A stretch of 64,000 nucleotides of DNA, from contig ADNK01000862.1 of NCBI GenBank assembly GCA_000320545.1, positions 62,001 through 126,000 on the forward strand, written 5' to 3'. Below, piece by piece: positions 29,583 to 42,631 of this stretch (position 1 is its first letter; each line of letters opens with the position of its first letter). Both the position numbers and the translations under genes were made by a program. The notes beneath the pieces are model-generated. The model worked only from the letters and a program-made list of their open reading frames with translations, was not told the origin of the DNA and searched no databases. This stretch comes from Bigelowiella natans CCMP2755. Its lineage: Eukaryota; Protista; Cercozoa.

Positions 29583-32305
29583 CCCCCTAGCTTGCTTCCT
29601 CCCTCCTCCTAGAGATATCATCGTCATCCAACCAATGGTAGATTTGTGTAGTTGCTGCCACTGGTCGATCGTATAGTGCTGCTACCTCTGATACGGTTTG
29701 TCCCAGAATGAACCGATGAAGATGCGCATAACTTCCGGCGTGAACACAACCTGGTTGATGTTTGTAGCCAGGGTGCATGGATGAGGGGGGAAAGAATAGG
29801 CATAACAACGCAGGCATGGTAGGAGGGAGGAGGCAGCGACAGCACATAGACGCAACCAGTCTCTTTTCATTGCAACTAACCTTTCCAAGAGACCAAAGCA
29901 ATGCGCCATAAACCTGACCAAAGACGGCAAAGAGCAGCATGTCATTGTCGAGAAACTGGGCCTCAGAGTGTGCATTTTCAACGAAGTGCGAAGAAGGAAA
30001 ATTGGAATTGCGTCCTCTTCCTTCCCGTTCTTCGTGTGGGGAATAAAGGTTATAGTAAGAGATCCAGTTCAATGCATTTGCTTTGTCATCATCTATGTAT
30101 CTCAGTCATATTGCTTCTGCCGTCCTTGTCGTCACCCACCCTCATAAGTTCCTGAGTGCCAACCCTATCAGCCTTATTAAGAACGCATCGAATTTTGTCT
30201 TCATTGCCTACGAAAGAGTAGAACAACATGCACCTCAAACTAAGAAGCTATTTCTCGTTAACTTGGCAGCATTATTGTTCTCCACCAACTCTTCGTCTGA
30301 TCAATCCTACGGTAATACCCTCCTCTTTCAGCGGAAGAGCATGCACATGTCCATGGCAAGCTAGCTGTGGTGCAACCTTTGAGCGAGAGTATTGCCTCCT
30401 TCAGTTCATCTGAGATATCAAGCTTGTGTGCGTCAAATATCAGCAGAATTCTCTCCGACCTCTCTGCCCAGTGCCGTACAAGTCCGGAGAAATCGTATCC
30501 ACGCTCAATCTGGGGGTGGGGGGTGACAAAAGGATGGGGCACTTTGTGAAACGTCGTCCCCATAGCTAGCATGCATTAAATTCAGCAGCACTACCAGTAA
30601 GGCAACACTAATATGAATGCGACTCTGGCCATTCTCTTTCATTCCCTTTCATTCTCTTGCACTTGTTGTGCTGTTAATGTTCCACATATCTGATTGCTTA
30701 CTACCCTCTGTTTCTCCCCAGACAATACACCCGGGGAGTCGATCAAGATGAGGTCTTCCAGCAGTTTGGAGTCGGGAACCTTAGTAGTTCGAGTAAGAGA
30801 AGGAGGAGGAGGGAGAAGAATCGTGTAAAGCAGTTCGAGTAAGAGAAGGAGGAGGAGGGAGAAGAATCGTGTAAAGCGCGCGAGATTTATTCCCGTTTCT
30901 AGAAATTGAAGATGAACAAGTGTTACAATCTTATTTGGCTTCTTAGTACCTCCACGCACTCAAACCGGTTGAGCAGCTGCGAGCCGTATGTCTTCAGAGT
31001 CTGGAATGGTTTCCCTACAACGTAAATACGAACATAGCGGCAAAGGGAGGAGAGGATTAGGATGAGGAAAAAAAAGTATCAGAACGAGAGAGCAAGGTTT
31101 GCACAGGTGGCGTTTGCTACTCAGCCACTCTCTGAAGATATTCGCAAAATTACAGTAATGCATTTGCATTTGCTTCCGCCGTGCCCATCCGGCTCTCCCC
31201 TTTTCATCACCATCGTCATCGTCATTTCAATTGATTGTTCTGCTACCTTCTTGCATCACCGCTGCGTTGCCCGGAATCACCCGTTCTTTTGCTCCTTTTC
31301 ATTTGGCGGCCATTCGTCAAACAGGGGTGGTGTTAACAGACAGATGTATAGTGCAGTGCATTTCTTCTAATGGTAGCGGTGTTCGACAACCGTCGCAAAT
31401 CGCCACAAAGCGGTCCGTCGTGGGTTCCGGTGAGATATGCGACCCGGGATACGTCTGGTAGTGGTTTATGATGTGAAGGAAGAAATATAGAATGATATAT
31501 CATGTGTGCAGATAAAATCGTGGGTACTGCTTTACATCTTTTCACGACAGTAATTCACCGGATATTTTTAGACCACGATCATCCTCACTACCTCATCCCC
31601 ACCCCCCCTCTTACAACAAAGTATCAGCAAACTACTTCCTCTGTCTTACCTTGCCTAAGAGATGCGAGATGAAGGTCGTCTTACCGACCGAATACTGGCC
31701 GAGTACCAACACGATAGGCTAAAATAACGACAATTAAAACACCAATAGAAAATCATTGGACGATTAGCTCAACGTTGCATAAATGTACAAATATACAACA
31801 ACGGGACGAGGCATAAGGGCAACCTTGGAATTGAAATCACCCTCTGTCCACGAAGGTGTGTGGAACTTATCGTACATGTACGCTTGTTCGAGGGGTAGAA
31901 CCTAATGTTTGCAGTAGCATTACCGGCGTTGGTGTCGGCGTTGTCAGAACTTCTCTCTGATATGCTAACTGACTGAACGATTGACCGACCTTTTGAAAGT
32001 AGATCTTACTGAGGTGGAGGCCCACAAACCTGATGATTGATTAATGAGTGGTATCCTGAAAACTCTCTTCTTCCTATTCAAATGAATACTCACTCTCTGG
32101 GTTCCAGGTTTTCTTCATCTTCAACACGACTATCCTCTGTACTCGAAAACCAGCTGAAGGACCTGCTGCTACTGCTTCCCAGCCCCCTCGCGTCGAATCT
32201 CTCAATGCCTCCCCTTTTAAGTGCCGCCGCAACCGCCAACACATGGTTGCTCCTCCTCCATCTCCATGGAGACGCTGATCGCCACCCTCGCCTAAGGGTC
32301 ATCAT
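28505..32305 (-). CDS. EHD/RME-1 family dynamin-like ATPase lacking an EH domain, with Arg/Ser-rich N-terminal leader
   Basis: VLPLEQAYMYDKFH, VLVLGQYSVGKTTFISHLLG (P-loop), YPGSHISPEPTTDRF, KPFQTL..YGSQLLNRF, LIDSPGVLSGEKQR, RGYDF..ILLIFDAHKLDISDE, KIRCVLNKAD, VYGALLWSLGKV..TPEVMRIFIGSFW; ends DKLLIDEMPCLFERLGNEATKDDV-TAG at 28505. Confidence 0.9.
30786..30877. repeat. Perfect 2 x 46-bp tandem duplication inside an EHD intron
   Basis: agttcgagtaagagaaggaggaggagggagaagaatcgtgtaaagc at 30786-30831 and 30832-30877. Confidence 0.9.
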
Positions 32306-32581
32306 TTGTGCGATGATCTCTGGAAAGCAGGAGTGTTGCAGTACAAAAAATGTTGGAGAGTTTATGTTGCTGCGTCAACAGGGTTTCCTTGTCGCAATCA
32401 CAATCACAAAGAGATTTATGTCCCTATTCTCTTGGAATACTCCCTAGAATTACGACCTGCGTCATGGATGCAAATCATGACGCAGGATAGAAAATCCCCC
32501 TGGGGCTATCCCAGTTCTCTCCCACGCTGATCAGCACGAAGGTGGTGGCGGAGGTGGTGCGAGGGCCGGGGAAGGCTTCGT

Positions 32582-33957
32582 ATGAAGACCTCCTCTTCCT
32601 CCTCCTCTTCTGGCCACCCCCAGTCGAGTGCTTCTAAGGTGACTGAACAATTAGCCGCCAATCTTCGGGTGGTCGGGCGAATTCTTCCTCCGAGCCAATC
32701 GCAGCTTAAGCTTGATGCTCTGGCAACGAGAGCTTCTTCCGAAGAGAGTTCATCAATACGGCGAACGCAAAACAGGGGCAGAAGAGCTAGACAATCAACC
32801 CTTCGAAGGCAACGGGTCGAATCCAGCCACGTGTGCATAATCTCTTTTTATCGGAAGGCGCGGAGGCTTCACGTCTTCAACGCAAGGCATCTCACGGTAG
32901 GCCAGTACTGATTGATCCATTCTTATATAGTCTTTTGCGAAAAGGGAGACAGCCCCGGCTAGCAATGAGAAATTGTCATTATTTTCCACCTAGGATGTGA
33001 TCAAATTCGACGATTCGATCGAAAGCGCGTGTATTGTCGATGTGGAATCTGTAAGCGGCGTAGCAGCTATTTGCTGCTTGACTACGGGGGGGAAGCTGTG
33101 GTATGTCCGGGTTGATTGCAGCAACGGCAGTGGAATATCTTCTGCGATAAAGAATCATCTGATGAGGAGGTACTATTCGCTGGTGGGTGGTTTGTGGATA
33201 GTGCTTGCTGTCTCGACAGCATGTAAGAGCAACATGTTTAAGTTACCGCTTGTTGTCTTTAGTATTGTCAAGATTGAAAGATAATTAAATGAGCATTCGA
33301 TATCTGTATACATATTCCTGAAACTTAGACGGAAGTCACGGCGTGCTGCAAGGCTGGTAGTCCCTGTTTGCTCCGGCGATGCGGTGAATCTATTCGAGAT
33401 TGGAAACAACAAACAGCAATTGGCCCCTCCTCGTAGTAGCAACGGCAAGGACGACAAAATGGAAGTGAGCTCACACGACGATAACGTAGAAGATGAAAGC
33501 TTAGATGCCAGACAACCCAAAGCAAAGAAAAGCAAAGTGGCCTCATCCCCCTCATCATCTGAACTGCAAGGGGAACACTCGCTGCCATATCGTGGTGGTG
33601 GTGGTGGAATGCGTTTGAGGGGTGATGACGGAACTCCTTACTCCCAGTATCATAGCAGCTCAGATATGAAGGAGGCGAAGGCAAACAGCGGGAACATCAA
33701 GGGAAATGTGGATAAGACGGGAGGGGGCAGCAGAATGGAACCGAGGTTATTGGCAGACAGTATTCCTTACCCCTCTCTTTCTCAGCTCACTCGGGGCTGG
33801 GAGACAGGTTTGGTTGTCGTGAGCTCACCAGGACGCTCTGCCATCCTTCACAGCATTCCTGATGATGTAAAGCGTGAAGCCCTACATGGCACCACTCCCA
33901 GCCCACCAGCATCATTTCAACAGTCAAAGGAAGGCGAAGAGGGGAGAACCGGGAGAC

Positions 33958-33988
<31 letters not shown>

Positions 33989-36900
33989 ATCATTACCGGC
34001 AGCAGCAGCCCTCTGCACATCAGCTGCCTGCTTCACCCTCGAAAGACCAGGCGGTGGCAGAGGTCATCGGATACTTCAACATGGCGGTTCAGGAAGAGGA
34101 AGGGAGAGGGGAGGGGTTCTCATGAGCACCTCTCTCTCCCGCAGCATATTTGGCCACAGAATGACATCATCAGGATCCCAGATCGTCCTAGAGGCCTCGG
34201 TTAATGGAAAGATATATTGCAAGCGGCGCTCTCGGGCGATAACGACGGGAGCAGTAGCGGCAGCGACCCCGCAACAACTGCTCGCACCCGTCGCTTTCGA
34301 CCTCGGTGACAGCATAGTAGAAATGCTGCACGTCAAGAGTCCCCCACCGAGGTTCTCTATGAGCCAAGGCGAAGCGAAGAGAAGGGAGGCAGTTGTGGTG
34401 CGTGTAGTATTATGTATCATCGTTGCCTATGGTCGATCGCATGTTTGCTGCTCTTGTTGTGGCCCACGTACAACGCAAGTTCAATGCATATGATATTTGA
34501 TTAACTAAACACACTCCACTCACGCACTCGTAAGGGACTCTTCAGGCCTGTGTGAGGATATGTACGTGCGTTTATACGATTGCACAGATACTAACGGAGG
34601 GTGGGTACGTAATGGCCATCGCGAGTGAGGAGGGTGCACCGACTAAAGGGGAGAGGGGAAGCAGAAGGCAATACAGCAATACGGATCATTCGCAGCAGCA
34701 ACTTTACCTAAGAACGAAAGTGGACTCCGCTTGCTACTGCTACACCTACGACGATTCTACAGACGATAGTGAGGATCCACCTGGTGGAGGGGAAGGAGGG
34801 GGAGGAGGAGAAGGGAGGGGAGCTGGTGGTAAAGTTGTCATCTGCTCCGGTAACAACAACAACAACAACAACAACAACAGCAACAGTACGTCATCGATTG
34901 CTCCCTCCCTCCGCATCATTCTCCCTCACCGACCGCTTTATGATCGCATACCTTATACCTAAGTGCCACCTGTTTGTTTGAGGATAGTGTTTCAATTCTT
35001 CCTCTTCCTCCCTCCTTTCCTTCTGCTTCTCTTCACTGCACAGGTGGGTCATTGTACATCCTTAGCATATTCGCTGACGAGAATGGCAACGATACCGGAG
35101 CAGCAACATCTCGTGGTAGAGAAAGCCTTCGCCGTAGTCGTGAAAGAGAGGAACGTGACAACAAAGGTGAAAACAGCAGCAGTTATTGGGCGCAGGGACT
35201 CATCAGCAGCCCTTTTCAGTTAGTCAGGCAGGATATAGACGTTGCGGTAACTGCCGTGTGCACTCTTGCCTTCATCGATCATATAGAGGGGGGCAGTGGC
35301 GGCAGCAGCAGCAGCAGCAGCATCTTAGTAATTGTGGATTCAATGAACCGCGTGTCATTGCTAGATACTTGCAGCAGCAGCAGCAGCAGCATCAACGGCA
35401 GCAGCTGCTCGGTGCTCAATCAGGATCCAAGGCCGGCACTCTCTACGTGAGTACATATTTATTTGCTGCTGTTTATTGTTTTCCCTATCACTATCATCAT
35501 CATCATTCTGCTTCTTCTTCAAGGTACCTCCGTCTGACCACATCGCCACAAGGACTCATCGCGGATGATCTGCAGCAGCAGAAGAGAGGCGGCAGAGTGA
35601 AAAACCGCAGTGTGGGTGATTGGCACAAAAGAGGAGGAGAAAAGGAGGAGGGGGAGGAGGAGGAGGAGGAGATAGGGAAGAAGGAAGTTGAAAAGGTAAC
35701 TAGGGAGGAGATGCAACTTTCACGGGACAGGGCCATAGAGTCGCTGCTCGGTGAACTCGAAAGGCTGTCCATTCGCACGCAGTCTTTGCGAGATTATAAC
35801 TCTAAATGGAACGAGCATCTGGAAGCCCTTTCGGGAGCGATTCAGCTAGCGCAAACGAGTAAGAAGGCGAGACTTAAGGCTCGTCGTCGTTCGTCATCCT
35901 CACAGAGTAGTAGTCTGGTACAGTTGGTCCCCCGAGTGACCTGGAAGGACAACGGCGCTAATAGTAGTAGTGTCCGGAACAGTTTTTCTTTCAGCGGGTT
36001 CTCATCCAATAACTTCCCTCGGCCAAAAACATTGCATCTCTGTGTCTACATCGCACCTGAGGTGCTCTCCAAGCTCTCATTATCATCGTCACAGGCCGGA
36101 GTGCTGCACAACATTCGCCTTAGTATTGAGATCACGCGCAAAGTAGGAGGAGGAGGGGGAGGAGAGGCATCTTCGGGGAAAACCGAAGCAAATATTGGTA
36201 ATCGTGGTAGTAGCAGTAGCAGACGCTCCGCTAACAGGTCACCGTGCGTGCGAATGCTGTCAGAGCCGTTAAACCCTCCCCCAGGGATGAGATATTGGGG
36301 AGAAGACATCAGCGGAAGGCCCTCATCATCCATAGCACCGACAACTCAAACAGCTGGAGCAGGGGGAGGAGGGGGAGGAGGGCTCCAGCATCATCATAAG
36401 CACACCGCTCAGGTTTCCTTTGAGCACGAGCTGCGTGGGTCCTTGATACCTCTCCAGGTGCGTGTGGCCGTCTGCTTCGATTTTCGCCGGAATGATGATG
36501 GCAGTAGTTATTGTAGTGGTGAAGGAGAGGCGTGTGAGGGAGAGGAGCGCAACGACAATGATAGCTCAGCGGAGCTCTGTGAGATAGAGCTGGGAAGCTT
36601 TGACATCGATATCTTCGATATGCTCGTTGTGACTCCTCCACAAAAGCTAGCGGTTCCGCCTCCTCATGCCCCTCATCATGCTCACTTACATGCGAGGAGG
36701 GGCTACTACTACCACCACCACCGCCAGCAACACTGGCCAAAAAACCAAGGACATCGTCAGCAGCACAGGGCAGCTGCTCCTTCTTACTTCAGCGACATCT
36801 TTCCGGCACGGGATTCGCTACAGGATAGAGCATCAGAGATGTTGCCCATGGGGGCCTCCTGCGACAGAAAGGCGAATCAGGAAAGCTTACGTGGTAAGAA

Positions 36901-38604
36901 TCTTGAATATATGAATTATTTTTTCTCATCAAACTCTTTCCTAAAACCATCACAGTATTATCTCGTTTCATTTTTTTTTGCTGCTACTTCGTTCTGCTTT
37001 GATTTTGTTCTCGTTTACCCCCGCTCCCATTTCCACTCTGTGCGGCGGAGGTGAGAGCTGCCTTGAGCCCCGTCTCTCTCAGTTGCGTGAGCGCACAGCT
37101 GCATCACACTGATGGTTTTTCAGCAGAGCGGAAGGTCGGTGGTAGAAGCGGCGAAGGATTCACAATCCCCTTCTACATGCCGCTGCTGTGTCCAAGGCAC
37201 AAGATGTATACGATGACAACTGGTGCGGCTTTAGCAGCCACATCTGCTGGGAGGAATGGAACTGCCTCCCTCCGCGAGCATATATGCGTTAAAGTCCTCG
37301 AGATGCTGGTCGATTCTATCCCATAATTATTAAAAGAATATTTATTGTTCCGCGGAGTGGGATGATGGAGTTTTGCGGGGAAACAAACTCACGGGCTGTG
37401 GTGGTGGTGTGATGGTCGCTATAGCAGAAAATGCTGCAGTATCAGAATCACTTTTCACGCGCGAAATTTCTACTGTTATCGTGTCGCACTGCGCATTATC
37501 ATCAGCATCGTCATCATCATTATAATCTCCCATCTGTTTATCTTCCAGCTTACCGGGGTCGGCGACGGTGATGGTAGTGGAGAAAAGCGAACTACCAGAA
37601 CTACCAGTAGTGGTGGTGCTTACGACGACGCGATCCCTACTCCGGAGGATGCCAGTATAGTGCAGCAGCAGCCTAGACGAAGGTCACGTTGCCGAGTAAG
37701 TGTTAGCGCGGATGGACATTTAGAAGCGTCTTGCCATTTATGCATCCCCCCGCCCCTTCCAAGATATCTCACCGCTACTCCTTCTGTGCGCATCCCACGG
37801 CCAATGCTTAGTCTCAGCGTTACGCACGTTCCAGAGCAGCCCAAAGTAGTGCTTCAAGCATTGTCGTCATTACTAGTTTTATACTGATTTATCATCATCA
37901 TCATCATCATCGGTATCATCGTTATGTTGCTGCAGCATTGGGTGGTGTCAGTAAACTGCACGCAATAAATACATCAAGATATAGTATGGAACACACACAC
38001 ACACACACACAAATGTATACAAATACATATATTAAATAATATACAACAAATCTATAAATAATATATAAATAAAAATATATATTTATATTTTCAATTTATG
38101 CTGACTCTCTCCCTCTCGCAACACATTTCTCGGTCTTATGAAGCTCTTCTGCTACGTGACGTATAGGTTGACATCTCTTTGAAGCTTCTAAGTCCTGCTG
38201 GGAGCCCTTCACTGTTGGCAGGGCTGTACTCCGCTCTGCTCAAACGCCTGAGAAAGCACTTGCAATCGAGGCGAAATTGCCCTGATGATTATATATGGGG
38301 CAATGATAGGCGACAAAAAGGCGAGGACAATGAAGAGTGCCGACGTGAGACAGGGTGGGCGTCAGCCTGGTACAATACAGTCATTAGAAAACACCTCAAA
38401 TCAGCACCTCAGGTCTTGGCTGACCAGCTTGCGGAAGCTCGGGATCTGTTGCGTAAGTTAAATCGAATTCAAAGCGAGCTATTCGACGATGACAGGGAGG
38501 CGGACAAATTTAAAGCCCACAAGAAACTAGAAGAATTACACCTCGCAGCGTTTGATGCGTTCATGCCCAATGCCGACAGAACAAATCAAGCACTTCCCAT
38601 TTGA
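32582..38604 (+). CDS. Large protein resembling Fanconi anaemia core-complex subunit FAAP100 (beta-propeller-like N-terminus, central coiled coil, C-terminal helical region), with many low-complexity insertions
   Basis: Recalled similarity, not a search: LSRSIFGHRMTSSGSQIVLEASVNGKIYC and AFDLGDSIVEM (~34130-34325), AIESLLGELERLSIRTQSLRDYNSKWNEHLEALSGAIQLA (~35730-35850), LLAGLYSALLKRL (~38210); stop TGA 38602-38604. Confidence 0.55.
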
Positions 38605-39338
38605 AATCGATGGCACATGGTGTTGTTAGATTGTCAGCACATGCCTTGTCAGTCATGCATGCAACTGTGACCATTGAAAAAGTTTGATCATTTCATTGCA
38701 TCCGCCATCCCACACGCGCGTGCGCCACAGGTCCTGCGCAATGTGCAGCTGTCATGCTAGCACGCTGCATCGCACAGGTGTCTTGACGCGCATGGCTAGA
38801 TGGCTCGATCGACTGCAAGCGTTCATGCAATGATTGCACGTGTTGTTTGCACAGCTACATGAGCTTGCATTGGTGTGTGGCATTGCAGGAAACAGAGCGC
38901 ACAGGCTTGAAAGCACACGTGTTCTCTGAGACACGTGTGGTTTCACAGATCAGATGTTTGCAAAGGACATCTGTGTGAAACTGCACTGCACCGTGCGTGC
39001 GTGCGCTGCATGGCCTTGCATCGCAGGGCTGTCGATTGGATGACCATTGAACAAATTCAATTTGATTGATTGCATCCGTCTTGCATGTTTGAGGATGACC
39101 ATTGAACAAATTTGATTTGCTTTGTTGCACAGACATGTTTGCCTCGACCCATGACGCGCACGTCAAGGGACATGAGCATGGGCCTCATTGGATTGAGTCG
39201 TCCATGGCTGGCGTGTTCGGTGCTGCACTGCATGTTGGACACATCGCACGATGCTGCTTTGTCATTTTCTTTGTGACTTTGACAGGCGCATTCTCGTGTT
39301 CGTTCAGGACAGTGTGTTGAACTTGAGGCACAATTCGG
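38540..39338. other. TpA-depleted tract
   Basis: Only 4 TA dinucleotides in about 800 bp (ttag, ctag, ctag, ctac); none from 38858 to 39338. Confidence 0.85.
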
Positions 39339-40001
39339 TAAAATAATATTCTTTTCCCTTTGTTACAGCCTCCTGTTGAATTGGACCACACATACATCTG
39401 ATCAGAACACACGCATCGTTTCATGGATGACATCCTTAGAATCATTCTTACCCCAAGATTTTCCAGAAACCTCTCCTCATCGATTCCCTCATCTTTTTAC
39501 ATGGTTGATACAGATCTTATTCAGAGCGAAAGCGCATTGTAAATGTGATTTAAGAAGAGTATCTACCATCACGATCAAAGCCGAGGTGAGCCTTGAAACT
39601 ACCTTTGAATCCTTCCTTTATGTTCGAATCCTGCATCAGTCGTAGAAGTGAGATCATGATGATGATGATTAGATGAAAAGTTGCTACCTCAGAAGAAGAA
39701 GTTTCCCCCGAGACCTCAGAAGAAAAATTTTTCCTCGAGAACTTACACAACGACTCTTTGTTCTGAAATACACCGCAAAAGCGAATTAGTATGTAAATTC
39801 TGAGCATGAAACAGATAACGAACAAAATCGACGGCATACTACTTTTTTCTCTTTGTTCCTATGAAAACTATCGTCCTTTATCTTCTCCCCGTAGATTTCT
39901 TGGAAATTTTTAAAAGCGATGGTTTCATACGCGACGTCAATAATGTGGTGCACAAATGCCTCAGAGATCACTGAAAATATAATAAAAAAGTAAAATAATG
40001 C

Positions 40002-40039
<38 letters not shown>

Positions 40040-40829
40040 ACGTGTGTGGCCGACAATTCACCATTCTCCTCTGGTTGGATTTTTTTTTGGTATTTAATAA
40101 GATACACATTATGCTTATGTGTAAAGATAAGGACTGACTTCGATTTCCGTCCTCAACCGTTACAATCTAAGATGAAGAATATCAGTAACGGTTAACATGA
40201 AAGACGTGCTACGCTACTTTTGTCTCAAGAATAGCGATACTACATAGCACCATGAAAAATATTCAGTGAATTCTAATACCGCGCAAATTAGCAAAACGCA
40301 TACAGAAGCGTGATAGTTCAGTGTAATTATAAAACAGGACAGCAAAGTCGTTCCGTAAATCGCATATCACAACTAATCCATTTTAATGAGATGGTTTTCA
40401 TTTTCCCGCACACACCTTACTGATCATTTTTTGGGCGTCCTTTTTCAGTCCCTATAATATGCATTCGTGAGTACGGAAGTACAGCAGCCCATTTTTGATA
40501 TGATAAATCAATATTTTGAATGTTTTTTTTCGAGACGATGTTGGGGGGGGTTCACAGTTACGGGTTCACAGTTACTACCGCTTTGTAGTTATGTTCATCA
40601 ATGTTCATCACAAGCGTTCTCAGGCAGTTTTGGCTGTAGCAGTATCAATCAAACATGTTAGTCACTACTCCATATGAATGAAAGGGCAACATGTATATCG
40701 GGAAGGATTTCGTCCCCTCTGGAATGGAAATCGTGAAACTACTAATGCAAGGTGCTACAATAAAGATACTGTTCTCTCTGACATTTCTTCGCTCAATCTC
40801 GGCCGAGGAGCGCATTGACATTGTCCCAT
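39300..40829 (-). CDS. Hypothetical protein(s) with short AT-rich introns; model unresolved
   Basis: Exon-like pieces ISEAFVHHIIDVAYETIAFKNFQEIYGEKIKDD (~39845-39970) and IVICDLRNDFAVLFYNYTELSRF (~40305-40372). Candidate starts MGCCTS (40492) and MGQCQCAP (40829). Confidence 0.35.
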
Positions 40830-41446
40830 GGTGAGATATTGCGAGTTCCTGCAGAAATGAGAGACGCTACTTGTTCCGTTGTACCACATTTTGCGCATTG
40901 CATTACATGTACATATTCTTCTCTCCGAGCAATATCTATCAGTTTCATCACATCACAGATCCCCAATCAAGACAGACTGCACAGCTCTACTTTACTTGGA
41001 GTTCAGTTTCACACCTACCTGCGTCTGCGTAACTGAGAAAGAGGAAAGGACGGTTGGGGAGGTTGAGTAGATCTAGATCTAGTTCTCGGCCGTTTCCTTT
41101 GAGACTTCACTGTTCTTATTGGAAGAAACTGGTCACATTTCAAACTTTGGGTCTTCACAAAAAGGCGCTTCGAAAATAAAATAAATTAAATTAGGTGATA
41201 TCGAAGGTGGTTGGTTGGTTGGTTGGTCAGTGGAACGGCTCGTCCTGTTTCAAAATCTGCATCGCCGACATCGGATGAGTTCAATATATGGAAACTACAT
41301 AGATCTAGTGCGACATATTCACTCTTCTGATATAGAATAGTTTATAAACGTAGGACAAAATCCTAGAGTCAGTAGCAAGCGGGAACAATTGGAAAATAGC
41401 ATCTGTTTTCCCCTAAATCGGGAAATCTCCAGGAATATCCTAAAAA

Positions 41447-42577
41447 ATGGCCACAATCATCTGCTGGCATCGTCGACGCGTCTCGCCCTCTCGTTCGAGC
41501 CTCGTACATTCGATGCGCCTGGCACTTATGCTCCCGCTTTTTGCAAGCCTATGCTCCACCACAAGCATTAGGGTGGGATCTACAGGCCTCCGTACTGCTG
41601 CTACTATATCGGCTCCTCTGCGCAGGATGGCCGGATTGGACTACAGGTCACGTGGTCTCTCAACTTCCGCTGCTGCATCTAGCACGCCTTGTCCCCTCGT
41701 TGAGACACCCCTGCATACGGCCACCTTTGGAATGGGATGATTTTGGCATCCCGAGGTAAAGTGTCTCTATTCATATCCCCCCTTGAACATTTGAAGTCTG
41801 CGATATGTGACGTGACAAAGAATTACATCCTGGCTGCCCTACTTGCATCACAGGTTACTTTTTCCCCGTCGCGGGTAAAAGGTGTTCTCGGGTGAGCTTG
41901 CTTTATTCTGTTCCTGTATGCTGATTATTCTGATTACTCTTTATGCTTTCTAGAGACTATCATTCTGCCAAACAGACTCATTTCTTCTCCGTAGGACTCG
42001 AGTTGGATATTCGGGAGGATTGACTTCTTTCCCAACTTACCGATCTATGGGAGACCACACTGAGTGTATCCAGGTTGGAATATATTATCCTAAAAAGAGA
42101 CCCTATTTGAGCAGAATTTCACACACAAAGGCAACCGTATGATATTATCGTAGGTGATATATAACCCGGAGGAAATCAAATACGATGACCTGCTTGAGGT
42201 AAAAACAACAACAATGACGCTTAGAAGTGGCGAGTACTTCTTCTAATTTTTTTCATCGTTAACTTCACAAAATCTTGCTCCCATAAAAAATCAACTCTTC
42301 CAAATTCGACTTGTGTGCATTCTAGATTATGTTCAAGGAACATGGAGGCTATCTGTCAAAGCCGTATTCAGTTCAGTACCGCAGCGGGGTGTGGTATCAG
42401 GACGAAGATCAGAAGAATGCCGTCGATGCTAAGATTAAAGAAATAGAACAAGCGACTGGACGGAAGGTCTTCACACACGTTGCCCCGCTCAGCGACTTCT
42501 ACATGGCGGAAGAATACCATCAAAAATACATGGAGAAGAATAGAGCGTCGTCACCTTTCGGTGGGTTCTTCTCGTAA
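41447..42577 (+). CDS. msrA: Selenoprotein peptide-methionine-S-sulfoxide reductase MsrA (Sec at in-frame TGA 41738-41740), with signal/transit-peptide-like leader
   Basis: TATFGMG-TGA-FWHPE places TGA at the catalytic position of GCFW. Further exons TRVGYSGG..PTYRSMGDHTECIQ|VIYNPEEIKYDDLLE|..QYRSGVWY..FYMAEEYHQKY; stop TAA 42575-42577; SECIS downstream. Confidence 0.93.
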
Positions 42578-42631
42578 AAATTCTACACGTCACAACGAAA
42601 CAAACGGTCTCAAAAATAACTATTGCACGAG

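Noticed and set aside
41447-41740. msrA as a pseudogene truncated by a premature TGA
   Set aside because: The TGA falls exactly on the catalytic Cys position, downstream exons are intact and a SECIS is present.
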